From: an uncultured bacterium
GTDB taxonomy: Bacteria > Margulisbacteria > WOR-1 > CAZGTC01
Assembly (NCBI GenBank): GCA_964528395.1
Contig: CAZGTC010000001.1
Coordinates: forward strand, 30,046-94,045
Direction: 5' to 3'
Length of the DNA: 64,000 nucleotides
Part shown: one piece after another, positions 48,144 through 57,965 of the stretch
Numbering within the stretch: position 1 is the first letter of the stretch
Layout: each line of letters opens with the position of its first letter
Program-made: the position numbers and the translations under genes
The notes under the pieces: model-generated
What the model saw: only the letters and a program-made list of their open reading frames with translations
Databases searched by the model: none
What the model was told of the DNA's origin: nothing

Positions 48144-51100
48144 TTAATTTTCTCCTCTAGCCTCGAGTAATCGGTTTATCTCGGCGGATATGTTTAATAT
48201 TGTCTTGATTTCCGATTTTATTTGAGAAGGGATTTTTTCTTCTTTATCATAGGAATAAAGAATGTTTTTAATGGTTAATTCTACATAAAGTTGAGTATCG
48301 ATAACATATGCTGTTAATTTAGGATTTGCTGCAATGTTTCTCACGGCTTCTATTTGAGAATATAAAGCAGAAAGTAAATTTAATATTTTTTCCAGAGTTA
48401 AATTTTGCGGATCTGCCAGATAGGTTAGAGCTTTATTAAGAGATATTTCTGGGTTATCGTTGATTAAATCATTGGTTGTAGTTGGCGGCAGGGGTGGTGG
48501 AGCAAGGGGTTGTGGAGCTGGTTTTGATGCTTCTTCTGCTTGTTTTCTTTCTAATTCTTCTAGTTTTTGTTCTACGCTTGGTAAATTTTTTGATACACCC
48601 CTGTGTGTTTTAAGTATTTTCTGTAGATATTCTAGGGCAATTCGGCAGTTTTTTACCTCATTTGTTTGCGGCAATGTTTCAAGCTGCGTTAAAAAATCTA
48701 TTCGTTTCATCCAAAACGCTGCAGCGGAGAATATAAGGTCGTGCGGAAGATTGGATTCTGCTTCTATGGCTCTCAAGTGTCCGCTCAAAGTTGCCATAGG
48801 GCTGTTTATTAAATCATTTGCTTGTAGCGCTTGAATTCTAATTTTAATTTCTTCAATAGAAGTCGAAGGCAACCTCAAAGATGCTGCTGGAGGTGCTGGA
48901 GTAGGTGCTGGAGGTGGGGTTTTTTCTTGACCCTTGACCCTTGCTACTTGTTTCTCTTGTTTTGCGGATGGAGTTTGTGGTGAGGTGAAGGGTTTTTCTT
49001 TAGGAGGCAGAAAATTGGCGGGTTCTACAAGAGCTGGCGCTGGTGCAGGGGGGGGAGGTGTGTGTAACAAGGAATCAGCAGCAGCATTGATACCTTCTTG
49101 AGAATAGGCTCGACCTGTTTCTCTTGATGAACCAATGAGTTCTTGTAATTTGGCATTAATTCTAGATAAATTATCCATAACGTTTTGTTTATTTTCTTGT
49201 AAATCTGCTTGCTCGGGAGCAATAGAGATAGCTGCTGTTTTGCGATAAATTTTTTCATAAATAGCAGCATATTGATTAGCTGCGTTAATATCGTTGGGAT
49301 TATTGGAATCAAGTGGAGAAATTATAGGCAATAGAAGATTAACTAGCTCTTCTAGTATTTTTATTGAAAGAATATCTTTTCTTTTTTCTCTTGATTCAAA
49401 GAAAGATATGAAGGCTTGGCATATATGGAAAGGAGTTTGGGCTTTTGTTAAATTAATAGTTAATAAAGAAATATCTCTTTTATCTGTTTTTGTTCTTATT
49501 TTATCATCAAAAATGCCAATAACTTCTTGAAGATTTTTAGGGAAATTTGCTCCCAAATGTTCAGTTTTCTTTTCTAATAAAGTATAAATATTTATAAAAA
49601 TTTCTAATGTTTCAAAAGGAGCCGAAGATATTTTTTGGATGGCGATTTTGTATAAGGAAATCGCAAGATTTACTTTTAAATTTTCCGCCAAATCCTCACG
49701 AATAATCCTCTCAATTTCTTCTGGTGCAGCCGCGGCCATGGCCTGCAAATGATGTTTTTCTAAAGTCGCGAGTTTGATTTCACTTCTTTGTCTTAATCCT
49801 TCATATTGATTTTTTATTGATTCTGGAGCGCGGTCAAATTTCCCCCATACAAAAACTGCGGCTTCGGTTATTTGTCCTGCGGCGCGGGCTTGTTCATGGG
49901 GGAAGGCGCGGTCAAAAGCCTTCGAATACTCCCCGACAATAGCCTCGATCCAGGCGGGGTTATAGGATAAGAGCTGGTAAGAAATATTTTGGAGGTCTTC
50001 AAGAGTTTTTGCTAAATCAATGGAATGAGGATTGCTAAATATGTTTTGATTGAATTGGGCAGAAAAATTTTGTAATTGCTCTCTTTCTTTTTTTCTTGTT
50101 TCTTCAACAAAAGCGTCTAATTCCTCTATATTTTGTGGAATCTGTAGATTGCTTTCCTCTTGATTTGATTGTTTTAAATCTAATAGTCTTTTAACCCCAG
50201 TATTACTTTGATTGGCATGTTGCCGGGCATATTGCAAGGTGCCTTTTTTTGGGCTGATAAGTCCGGGAAAAGCTGCTTCCAGCGCTTGTACGTCTTCTCT
50301 TGAAGGGACATATTGAGAGGCACATAAAAAATCAAGCAAGGCAGGAGTTCCCAAGCGAAAGATCCCTTCGCAATCGAGGAACATCAATTGTAAAGCGCGG
50401 GTTTTTAATGCTATCGCAGTTTCTCCTTGTAAATCTAATGCTGCCAATATGAGGCCGAACAATTCGATGTTTTTGCATTTAATAATAGCTAAAGTGGCAT
50501 TATAAATTAAGTCTTTTTGCGCAGGACTTAGGTTTTCTTCTTGCGCCAGGATAGAAACCGCACGAGGGAATTCAATGGCAACATCGGTTACGTCAATGCC
50601 GTTTTTTAGGGGCTGTAAATTATTTTTTATTTCTTTTTCATTTTTTCCATCTGCCTCAAGCCCTTCAATGATCTGCAACTGGCGCAGGGCTATATATAGA
50701 GGTTTTTTAGCTAAGTCTTGATAAACTATTTTTACTATGGCATTTAAAGAGTTTAATTTTTGGTCGTTAAATAGGTTGAATAGTAAGTGGTGTAATCCTG
50801 CGTAAGACTGGTCAACATCCTCTTCTATTTTAGTTTCTTTGGCATTAGCTAAGCGCAATAAAAAAAATAGTTCAAAAAGCTCGTTCATCTGCTGAAAACA
50901 TGTATTTTGGTCTAAAGGATTTAGCGAGTTTTGGATTTTAAAAGCCTCTCTTAAGGCAATATGTTTTAGCGTGATTACCTGGTTGTCTGCAGTATCCATG
51001 ATTATTTCTTTATGTTCAAAAATTTGCGTAACATATAAGCAGTTCATGGCAGTTTTGTAGAAGAGCAATGAAATATCCCTTAATTCTTTTTTGGATGGGA

Positions 51101-51518
51101 CATCATATAAAGTTGAGATGCCATGGAAAATTTCCATAAAAGCCCGACAGCTGACATAAAAAACGGCATTACTAATATCTTTTGGGATTGTTTCTCCAGA
51201 GGCTGTTTCATAAGCCTGAATAAAAGCTTCAATTTTTCTTTCTGAATTCTCTTCATTCAGAGCTGCATTATTTATGTCTTCGATAATTGTCAAAAAGTCT
51301 TTGGCTTCTTGAATAGATGCAATGCGAGTAAACCGATCTTTCTGCTCCAGAACTTTTTGATGAACAGTGTCTGGGGATATTCCAAAGATATTCTTTGGAG
51401 GAAGAAGCCCCCTCAAAAATTCTTTTTGCTTGCTGGTTGCTTGTATAGGAAGCCTAAGAGCAGGAGAATTGGCTCCAGGGTTTGGTTGAAATCTTCTTAT
51501 TTCTATTCCATTGGTCAT
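48144..51518 (-). CDS. giant hypothetical protein (operon member)
   Basis: 1124 aa; mostly helical; Pro-rich linkers (HTPPPPAPAPA, KTPPPAPTPAPP, APPPLPP); no recognisable domain. Confidence 0.5.
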   Translation of the reverse strand: MTNGIEIRRFQPNPGANSPALRLPIQATSKQKEFLRGLLPPKNIFGISPDTVHQKVLEQKDRFTRIASIQEAKDFLTIIEDINNAALNEENSERKIEAFIQAYETASGETIPKDISNAVFYVSCRAFMEIFHGISTLYDVPSKKELRDISLLFYKTAMNCLYVTQIFEHKEIIMDTADNQVITLKHIALREAFKIQNSLNPLDQNTCFQQMNELFELFFLLRLANAKETKIEEDVDQSYAGLHHLLFNLFNDQKLNSLNAIVKIVYQDLAKKPLYIALRQLQIIEGLEADGKNEKEIKNNLQPLKNGIDVTDVAIEFPRAVSILAQEENLSPAQKDLIYNATLAIIKCKNIELFGLILAALDLQGETAIALKTRALQLMFLDCEGIFRLGTPALLDFLCASQYVPSREDVQALEAAFPGLISPKKGTLQYARQHANQSNTGVKRLLDLKQSNQEESNLQIPQNIEELDAFVEETRKKEREQLQNFSAQFNQNIFSNPHSIDLAKTLEDLQNISYQLLSYNPAWIEAIVGEYSKAFDRAFPHEQARAAGQITEAAVFVWGKFDRAPESIKNQYEGLRQRSEIKLATLEKHHLQAMAAAAPEEIERIIREDLAENLKVNLAISLYKIAIQKISSAPFETLEIFINIYTLLEKKTEHLGANFPKNLQEVIGIFDDKIRTKTDKRDISLLTINLTKAQTPFHICQAFISFFESREKRKDILSIKILEELVNLLLPIISPLDSNNPNDINAANQYAAIYEKIYRKTAAISIAPEQADLQENKQNVMDNLSRINAKLQELIGSSRETGRAYSQEGINAAADSLLHTPPPPAPAPALVEPANFLPPKEKPFTSPQTPSAKQEKQVARVKGQEKTPPPAPTPAPPAASLRLPSTSIEEIKIRIQALQANDLINSPMATLSGHLRAIEAESNLPHDLIFSAAAFWMKRIDFLTQLETLPQTNEVKNCRIALEYLQKILKTHRGVSKNLPSVEQKLEELERKQAEEASKPAPQPLAPPPLPPTTTNDLINDNPEISLNKALTYLADPQNLTLEKILNLLSALYSQIEAVRNIAANPKLTAYVIDTQLYVELTIKNILYSYDKEEKIPSQIKSEIKTILNISAEINRLLEARGEN

Positions 51519-51539
51519 AAAATTGACTCTCGCTTTTTA

Positions 51540-52796
51540 TTATTTCTTTTTGTTTCTTAACCAGCCAATAGCTTCTCTTGAGCTATATATAATTAGAGAT
51601 AGAATTAGAGATGCGGCTATTGTGATAAGAATGTTTTCACCCACGATATCTAAGTAATTGTCAGACCACAGATGTTCTGTTAGTTCTGGAGTCATACTTC
51701 CAGCATCAAAATAACTCAAAACTGATCCAGCAATTCCTCCACCAATTATTCCACCCCCTGCAAATTTCAATGCTGTCCGTATTTTGCTTGATTGTTTTTC
51801 TACACGGTCTTTTACTTTTTTTGTTGGGGGCTTTGCTGGTTTATTAGCTGGAGGAGGAGGGGTTTCTGGTGCTGAAGGAGGAGTTGGTACTGGTGTTGGA
51901 GCAGGAGATGTTGCTGATGCTGGAGAAGGAGTTACTGGTGGGGTTGGTGGCTGTTCTGAAACAGATGATGGTTTTTCTTGAGAGATAGTTTCTCTTCCGG
52001 TTCTTGGTTTTTCTCGATCAGAAATAAGTGTCTTTTTTTGTCCTTCAGTTGTTTGGCGCGATAAATCTGATAAATTTATAGGTTTGCGACCAGGAGCTGA
52101 TTCCGTCTCTGAATCTAACTCCTCAAAAATAAGATCAAGGTCATCTAACCCTTTTATTTCATTGCTAGAAGCAGGGGCAGGTGGGGTATTTATTACTCTT
52201 GGTTTTGGGGTAGACCTTCTTTTTTGTTTTTCAATTAGTATTAAATCTATCCCTCTATCGGTTGGTGCTTCTGGAGGAAGGGGTGGGAGGGAGACTGGGG
52301 GGGTGGGGTCGGCTTTATTAGGGTCTGGGGCGGCGGTTACTTCTGGCATTGAAACCCAAGGAGTTCCAACAGCATGTTGTCCGTTTGCAGTTTTGGAAGG
52401 ATCTAGTCTCTCAACTAATGCTTCTATTTCATTCCCTGTTTCTCCTTTTCCTCTTGGGACACCGGGTAATTTTGGACTAGTAACACCAGGAAGACTGGCT
52501 GGTTGTCCAATTTTTTCATCTTGAGTATCATTAGGTTTTTCAGCCATTTTAACTATTTGTATTTCATTTAAAGTTAAATCTTTTACTAATTTTCTTGTTG
52601 GGATTTCTTGCGAGCCGGTGGCAAGGGCGAAATTTTGATTAGAAATAGACAAGAAAGATTGCACAGCTGTTTTCCAACTGTCTAGCGCAATCCTAACTTG
52701 TGCTTCCCTTCCCTGAAAACACCGAAAGGTTTCGTGTGTTCTTCTCCAATTTGTTGCCGGGACATGATTTGCTATTCTTCCAAAAAAAGATGCCAT
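51540..52796 (-). CDS. proline-rich hypothetical protein with C-terminal hydrophobic anchor (first gene of operon)
   Basis: 418 aa; long low-complexity Pro/Thr/Ser region; C-terminus has two hydrophobic segments; RBS AGGAGG. Confidence 0.5.
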   Translation of the reverse strand: MASFFGRIANHVPATNWRRTHETFRCFQGREAQVRIALDSWKTAVQSFLSISNQNFALATGSQEIPTRKLVKDLTLNEIQIVKMAEKPNDTQDEKIGQPASLPGVTSPKLPGVPRGKGETGNEIEALVERLDPSKTANGQHAVGTPWVSMPEVTAAPDPNKADPTPPVSLPPLPPEAPTDRGIDLILIEKQKRRSTPKPRVINTPPAPASSNEIKGLDDLDLIFEELDSETESAPGRKPINLSDLSRQTTEGQKKTLISDREKPRTGRETISQEKPSSVSEQPPTPPVTPSPASATSPAPTPVPTPPSAPETPPPPANKPAKPPTKKVKDRVEKQSSKIRTALKFAGGGIIGGGIAGSVLSYFDAGSMTPELTEHLWSDNYLDIVGENILITIAASLILSLIIYSSREAIGWLRNKKK

Positions 52797-53006
52797 AAAA
52801 CAATTTCCTCCTATAAAAATTAATTAAAAATTTCCAATTTCAAATGACAAACAAGGAAGAATAATTAATATTAATACATTGTTTGACATTTTTAATTGCC
52901 TGCCTGCCGGCAAGGCAGGGTCATTTGTCATTATACTTGTATCGGCAAAACAATGGCAAGATTTCAGTTTGGGGAAAATATTTTATGAGGGTTGGGCGTT
53001 TTTATG

Positions 53007-53034
53007 TTGACTCTTATATTGTAAATGATATAAT
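53007..53034 (+). promoter_or_regulatory. sigma70-type promoter upstream of the AbiEi-like/Fic pair
   Basis: TTGACT (53007-53012), 16-nt spacer, TATAAT (53029-53034); gene start at 53085. Confidence 0.5.
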
Positions 53035-53084
53035 CTATCCATAATGTTTACGAATAAACTATCTAAAATATTTACGGATAAAAT

Positions 53085-53759
53085 ATGACAACAATTAATG
53101 AAAAAGCCCATATTTTTTGGCAAAAACATGCAGACGAAGGGAAAATAGTTTTAACTAAAGAAGATTTTCCAAATGAATACATCCGGCGATTTTTAATTAA
53201 AAAAAGCTTTTTGTACCGGTTGCGCAGGAATTTGTATATCCTTAAAAACCCTTTAGATAGCCTAGAAGACATCATATATAAGAATTACTGGCAAATTGCT
53301 GCAACTGTTTTAAAAAGATATTATCCTTGGTCGATTGAGAAAGAAAATGCCCTAAGTTTATGGGCCGGCAGCCAAAGCATCCCAAATTTGCTAAAAGTAA
53401 GGACTGCCAAAATAATTAAAAATAAGATTAAGCTCCCTTTTCATATTAATATATCTGTTCGCCCAGATAAAATGTTTAAAAAAGAAACATCGGGCGAAAT
53501 AAAAATTAATAATTCCCGCATATTCTTGGATCTCCCAGAAAAAATAATCTTTGAAGCAAAAAATTTAGAAGACCCTAATTTAAAAGCTTTAATCAAAGGG
53601 CATAAATTTAATAAATTGCTTTTGGAGGCCCTTTATTCAAAAAAACCCAAGCCTATTGTGGCTAAAAGGCTTATTAAATTAGCAAAAGAACTAGGACAAA
53701 ATGATCTGCAGGAAGCATTAGAAAAAATAGCAAAAGAATATACTTACTATCGATTTTAG
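53085..53759 (+). CDS. hypothetical protein, possibly AbiEi-like antitoxin-domain protein
   Basis: 224 aa; N-terminal GKIVLTKEDF...YRLRRNLYIL resembles AbiEi-type wHTH; directly upstream of Fic gene. Confidence 0.4.
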   Translation: MTTINEKAHIFWQKHADEGKIVLTKEDFPNEYIRRFLIKKSFLYRLRRNLYILKNPLDSLEDIIYKNYWQIAATVLKRYYPWSIEKENALSLWAGSQSIPNLLKVRTAKIIKNKIKLPFHINISVRPDKMFKKETSGEIKINNSRIFLDLPEKIIFEAKNLEDPNLKALIKGHKFNKLLLEALYSKKPKPIVAKRLIKLAKELGQNDLQEALEKIAKEYTYYRF

Positions 53760-53774
53760 AAGAAGGATAATCAT

Positions 53775-54554
53775 ATGGAAAAAATATGGATTAAGCGTCT
53801 TGAGGAAGATTTTTCTTTTTATGAAAAAGAAATAACCGGTAAATATTTTGACCTTATAAAAAATAAAAAAAGGATGCCCGTTGAAAGGATTTTAGCATCC
53901 GCAGAAAAAAATAAAAGCTATGACATATACCATTCTACAACAATTGAAGGGTATCAAATAACAGAAAAGGAAGTCGAAAATGTCTTATTGGGTAAAATAC
54001 CCCTCAAAGGCAAAGAAAGTGATAGCTTAAGGAATAAGCTGGCGATTTTGGGGCATTCTTTAGCTTTTGATTTTGTTATAAAAATGGTAAAAAAGCACTT
54101 TGATAAAATTAGAATAAGCGAAGAATTAATTTTGGATATTTATTTTCAGCTTTTTAAGCCATCCGCAGATGCTGAAATACTGGATAAATTTTCTTTAACC
54201 GGATATCGTAAAGTCCCGGTTTATATACGCGGAAGCCGTTTTGTCCCCCCAGCCTATGAAAAACTGGCGGATTTAATGAAGTCTTTTATACAACAAAGCA
54301 ATCTTATTAAGCAGCCTATTATAAAAGCCATTCTTTGCCATTACTTTTTGGTTACAATCCATCCTTTTATTGATGGCAATGGCAGATCTGCGAGGCTTTT
54401 GATGAATTGTATTTTAGCTGGAAATGGATATAAATGGATAACTATCAGTGCAAATGAGAGGGAAAAATATTTTGAAAGCTTAAAAATTGGCCAATTAGAA
54501 AACAATATATTGCCTTTTGCAGATTTTATTCTTTCTTTTTATGCCCCGCGCTAA
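53775..54554 (+). CDS. Fic-family protein (class II, with N-terminal inhibitory motif)
   Basis: 259 aa; Fic motif HPFIDGNGRSAR; upstream STTIEG matches the (S/T)xxxE(G/N) inhibitory helix. Confidence 0.8.
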   Translation: MEKIWIKRLEEDFSFYEKEITGKYFDLIKNKKRMPVERILASAEKNKSYDIYHSTTIEGYQITEKEVENVLLGKIPLKGKESDSLRNKLAILGHSLAFDFVIKMVKKHFDKIRISEELILDIYFQLFKPSADAEILDKFSLTGYRKVPVYIRGSRFVPPAYEKLADLMKSFIQQSNLIKQPIIKAILCHYFLVTIHPFIDGNGRSARLLMNCILAGNGYKWITISANEREKYFESLKIGQLENNILPFADFILSFYAPR

Positions 54555-54637
54555 ACTCTATCTAAATCCTTAATATTAGATTAAATTGGGGTGGGGTTGT
54601 GCTAAAATGCTTGAAATGATTTTTTAGGAGGCGAAAT

Positions 54638-55666
54638 ATGCTAGCAGTTTGGATCAAATTTATCGTGTGCACCCTCATTATTCTATGGTCAGGAGTGAAG
54701 CTGGCAAAGTACGGGGATGTGATCGCAGAAAAAACCGGGATTTCCAAGCTTTTTATTGGGACTATTGTGCTGGCTATGATCACTTCCCTGCCTGAACTTT
54801 CTTCCGGCATTTCTGCGGTTACTAGCCTTAAGATCCCGGATCTGGCTGTGGCGAATGTGGTGGGGTCTTGTTTGATCAATTTACTGGCTATCGCGTTTTT
54901 GGACTTTGTCTATAATAAAAAAGGCAAGGGCCCGATTTTGGGAGAAGCTGGTTTTGGCCATGTTTTGGCTGCGGGCTTAAGCATTTTACTTTTATCCTTG
55001 TGCTTGGCCGGCATCTTGAGCAGCCTTCTTTTAGTTCCCATTTCCCTATGGGTGGTCAGCTTTTATTCAGTGGCGATCTTTTTAGTTTATATTTTGTGCG
55101 AGCGCTTGATCTGCCGCTTTGAAGGCCGCGAATGCGACCGGTTCCTGGAAAAAAAGATCCAAAAAACCGAAAAACAAGAATTCGAAAAAAATACCGCAGC
55201 TTCAGCCTACACAAAATTTTTGCTACTCGCAATTTTGGTGGCTGCGGCCAGCTCATATTTGCCTGCAATTGCCCGTGAAATGGCGATTGCCTATAATTTA
55301 TCCTATACTTTTTCCGGCAGTGTTTTTATGTCTCTGGCTTGCAGCTTGCCGGAAATTGCCGTGGCTTTTTCCGCGATGATGATCGGCAGTATTGATATGG
55401 CGATTGCCAGCCTGATCGGCAGTAATATTTTTAATATCGCGGCCATTTTCTTTTTTGACTTTTTTTATGGCGAAGCCCCGATCTTTTCCCAGCTTTCCCT
55501 AAGCAATGCTTTTATCTGCGCCATGGCGATTTTTATGACTGCAATTGCCATTATGGGCTTGATTTATCGCTCGCATAAAGGCGTAGAAAGAAAGATCCGC
55601 TGGGACGCTATCGGATTAGTGGTGGCGTATCTTTTTGCCATGCTCATACTCTATAAAATCAATTAA
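54638..55666 (+). CDS. Ca2+/cation antiporter (CaCA family) membrane protein
   Basis: 342 aa; two alpha-repeat signatures (ITSLPELSSG and CSLPEIAVAF); RBS TAGGAGG. Confidence 0.75.
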   Translation: MLAVWIKFIVCTLIILWSGVKLAKYGDVIAEKTGISKLFIGTIVLAMITSLPELSSGISAVTSLKIPDLAVANVVGSCLINLLAIAFLDFVYNKKGKGPILGEAGFGHVLAAGLSILLLSLCLAGILSSLLLVPISLWVVSFYSVAIFLVYILCERLICRFEGRECDRFLEKKIQKTEKQEFEKNTAASAYTKFLLLAILVAAASSYLPAIAREMAIAYNLSYTFSGSVFMSLACSLPEIAVAFSAMMIGSIDMAIASLIGSNIFNIAAIFFFDFFYGEAPIFSQLSLSNAFICAMAIFMTAIAIMGLIYRSHKGVERKIRWDAIGLVVAYLFAMLILYKIN

Positions 55667-55765
55667 AAAAATGTCCGAATTTCCTAAATCCAAACAAGGA
55701 TTTTTATTTATAATAATTTTACATTGTTCGGATTTTAGGATTTTAGGACTTTAGGACTTTATTTT

Positions 55766-57235
55766 ATGAGGACGATTCAAGAAAAGTTCAGCGATTATAA
55801 GTTTATCGTGGTTTCCAACCGCGAACCGTACATGCATACTTACAGTCCTGAAGGCGACATTGTCTGGTACCGGCCGGCTTCGGGCCTGGTTTCTGCGCTT
55901 GACCCGATCCTGCGCAGCTTAAAAGGCACGTGGATTGCCTGGGGCGATGGGGAGGCGGATAAAGAGGCTGCCAACAGCCGCGGCGAAATTATGGTCCCTC
56001 CAGATGCCCCGGCTTACAAGCTCAAGCTTTTATTCCTGGATAAAAATGAGATCAAAGGATATTACGACGGGATTTCAAACCAGATGTTTTGGCCGCTTTG
56101 CCATATTGTGCACTACCGCCCGCAGTTCAGCCAGGAAAACTGGGAGATCTTTAAAAAAGTAAACCGCAAATTCGCCCGCGCGATTTTGGACGAAGTAGGA
56201 GACAATAAAAAAGCTTTTGTCTGGCTGAATGACTACCATCTGGCGCTCTGCTCTAAATATATAAAAGAAGAAAATCCCTTGATCAATGTCGTGCAATTTT
56301 GGCATATTCCCTGGCCCAACCCCGAGGCCTTCCGCATTTGCCCGTGGAAAGAAGAAATCTTGCAGGGCCTTTTGGCAAATGATCTTTTGGCCTTTCACCT
56401 GCGCTACCACTGCGACAATTTTTTGCAGACCGTAGATGCTTTTTTGGAATCCCGCATTGACCGCGAATCATCCGCAGTTATTTACAACCGCCAAATTACC
56501 AAAGTTAAGCCTTTTCCCATCAGCATTGATTTCAAAAATACTTTTGAAGAAGCAGCCAGCGCCCAGGTTAAGCGCGTGGAAAAAAGTATTGAGCGCAGCA
56601 TAAAAATTCCGCACAAAATTTTGGCCGTGGGCGTGGACCGCTTGGATTATATCAAAGGCATCCGCGAGCGCTTGATTGCGATTGACCGGTTTTTGGAAAA
56701 ATATCCGGAATTTATCGGACAGTTCCTTTATTTGGGATTGGCTTACCCCAGCCGCACCCGCTTAAAAGAATTCAACCGTTTGGCAGATGATATTTCCGAC
56801 ATGGTAGAGGAAATAAATTGGAAATACCGCACGCAAAACTGGTACCCGATTATCTACCGGGAAGAAACTGTCAAATACCCGGATGTTTTGGCCTATTACC
56901 GCCTGGCGGATTTGTGCCTGGTTTCCTCCCTGCACGATGGCATGAACCTGGTTTCCAAGGAATTTATTGCCAGCTGGGACGGACAAAAGCCTGCGGCCCT
57001 GATTTTGTCCCAATTTACCGGCGCAGCGCGGGAATTGGCAGATGCAATTTTGATCAACCCCTATGATATCGAAGCTTTTGCGGATGCTATTTACCATGCT
57101 ATCCAAATGCCCAAAGAAGAAAAAATAGCGCGCATGCAAAGGATGCAAAATGAAATCAAAGAAAATGATATTTTCCGCTGGGCTGAAAACTTCCTTTTGG
57201 AATCATCTAAAATCGGCGCTGGCGCAGCCGCATAA
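55766..57235 (+). CDS. otsA: alpha,alpha-trehalose-phosphate synthase (GT20)
   Basis: 489 aa; FWPLCH, HDYHL-like and FWHIPWP blocks typical of OtsA. Confidence 0.9.
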   Translation: MRTIQEKFSDYKFIVVSNREPYMHTYSPEGDIVWYRPASGLVSALDPILRSLKGTWIAWGDGEADKEAANSRGEIMVPPDAPAYKLKLLFLDKNEIKGYYDGISNQMFWPLCHIVHYRPQFSQENWEIFKKVNRKFARAILDEVGDNKKAFVWLNDYHLALCSKYIKEENPLINVVQFWHIPWPNPEAFRICPWKEEILQGLLANDLLAFHLRYHCDNFLQTVDAFLESRIDRESSAVIYNRQITKVKPFPISIDFKNTFEEAASAQVKRVEKSIERSIKIPHKILAVGVDRLDYIKGIRERLIAIDRFLEKYPEFIGQFLYLGLAYPSRTRLKEFNRLADDISDMVEEINWKYRTQNWYPIIYREETVKYPDVLAYYRLADLCLVSSLHDGMNLVSKEFIASWDGQKPAALILSQFTGAARELADAILINPYDIEAFADAIYHAIQMPKEEKIARMQRMQNEIKENDIFRWAENFLLESSKIGAGAAA

Positions 57236-57965
57236 CCGAATCGGCTTGTTTTTGGATTTTGACGGGACATTGTCAAAAATTGCCGCGCATCCGGATAAAG
57301 CGGTTTTTTCCAAAAGCATGAAGCAGGCGGTCACGGATTTGATCCGCACTAAGAGGTTCCAAGTTTCTATTGTCAGCGGCCGCAGCTTAAAAAGCCTCAA
57401 GAAAAAAATTGGGATCAAAAATATTTTTTATGCCGGCAACCACGGGTTCGAAGTCTCCGGACCTAATTTTTCCTGGAAATTAGCCTGTGTTGAGGCCGTT
57501 GAAAAAGAAATGCCGCAAATTGCCCGGGCGCTGGAAAAAGCTGGAGCAATCCCCGGAGTTTACCTGGAAGAGAAAAAAATTGCCTTATCGATCCATTTTC
57601 GCCGCATGCCTTTGCGTTTTTTCCCCCGGCTAAAAAAAGAAATAAAAAAAGCAGCCAAGCCGTTTATGGATAAGCGCTTGGTAAAAATCAATCGGGGAAA
57701 GAAGATTTTCGAGGTGCGGCCGAATTTATCCTGGGACAAGGGCCGGGTGGTGCAGTTTCTCATAAAGAAGTTGCAATTGGAGCAATCTTTAAATATATTT
57801 GTAGGCGATGATACGACCGATGAAGATGCTTTTGCGGTGCTTGCCGGCAAGAATTTCGGCATAAAGGTCGGCCTGCTTAAAAAAAGCAAGGCGCGCTACG
57901 GGCTAAGAAACATAGAGGAAGTGAGAAAATTCCTTGTCCAAGCCTTTTCGCTTTGTCACATCTAA
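57150..57965 (+). CDS. otsB: trehalose-phosphatase (HAD IIB)
   Basis: HAD motif LFLDFDGTLS and GDDTTDEDAF; start uncertain because the ORF overlaps the otsA 3' end by 86 nt. Confidence 0.8.
   Translation: MKSKKMIFSAGLKTSFWNHLKSALAQPHNRIGLFLDFDGTLSKIAAHPDKAVFSKSMKQAVTDLIRTKRFQVSIVSGRSLKSLKKKIGIKNIFYAGNHGFEVSGPNFSWKLACVEAVEKEMPQIARALEKAGAIPGVYLEEKKIALSIHFRRMPLRFFPRLKKEIKKAAKPFMDKRLVKINRGKKIFEVRPNLSWDKGRVVQFLIKKLQLEQSLNIFVGDDTTDEDAFAVLAGKNFGIKVGLLKKSKARYGLRNIEEVRKFLVQAFSLCHI

Noticed and set aside
51784-52524. Gly-rich plus-strand ORFs (51784-51981 and 52084-52524)
   Set aside because: Antisense reading of the proline-rich codons of the 418-aa minus-strand gene; low complexity, no start context
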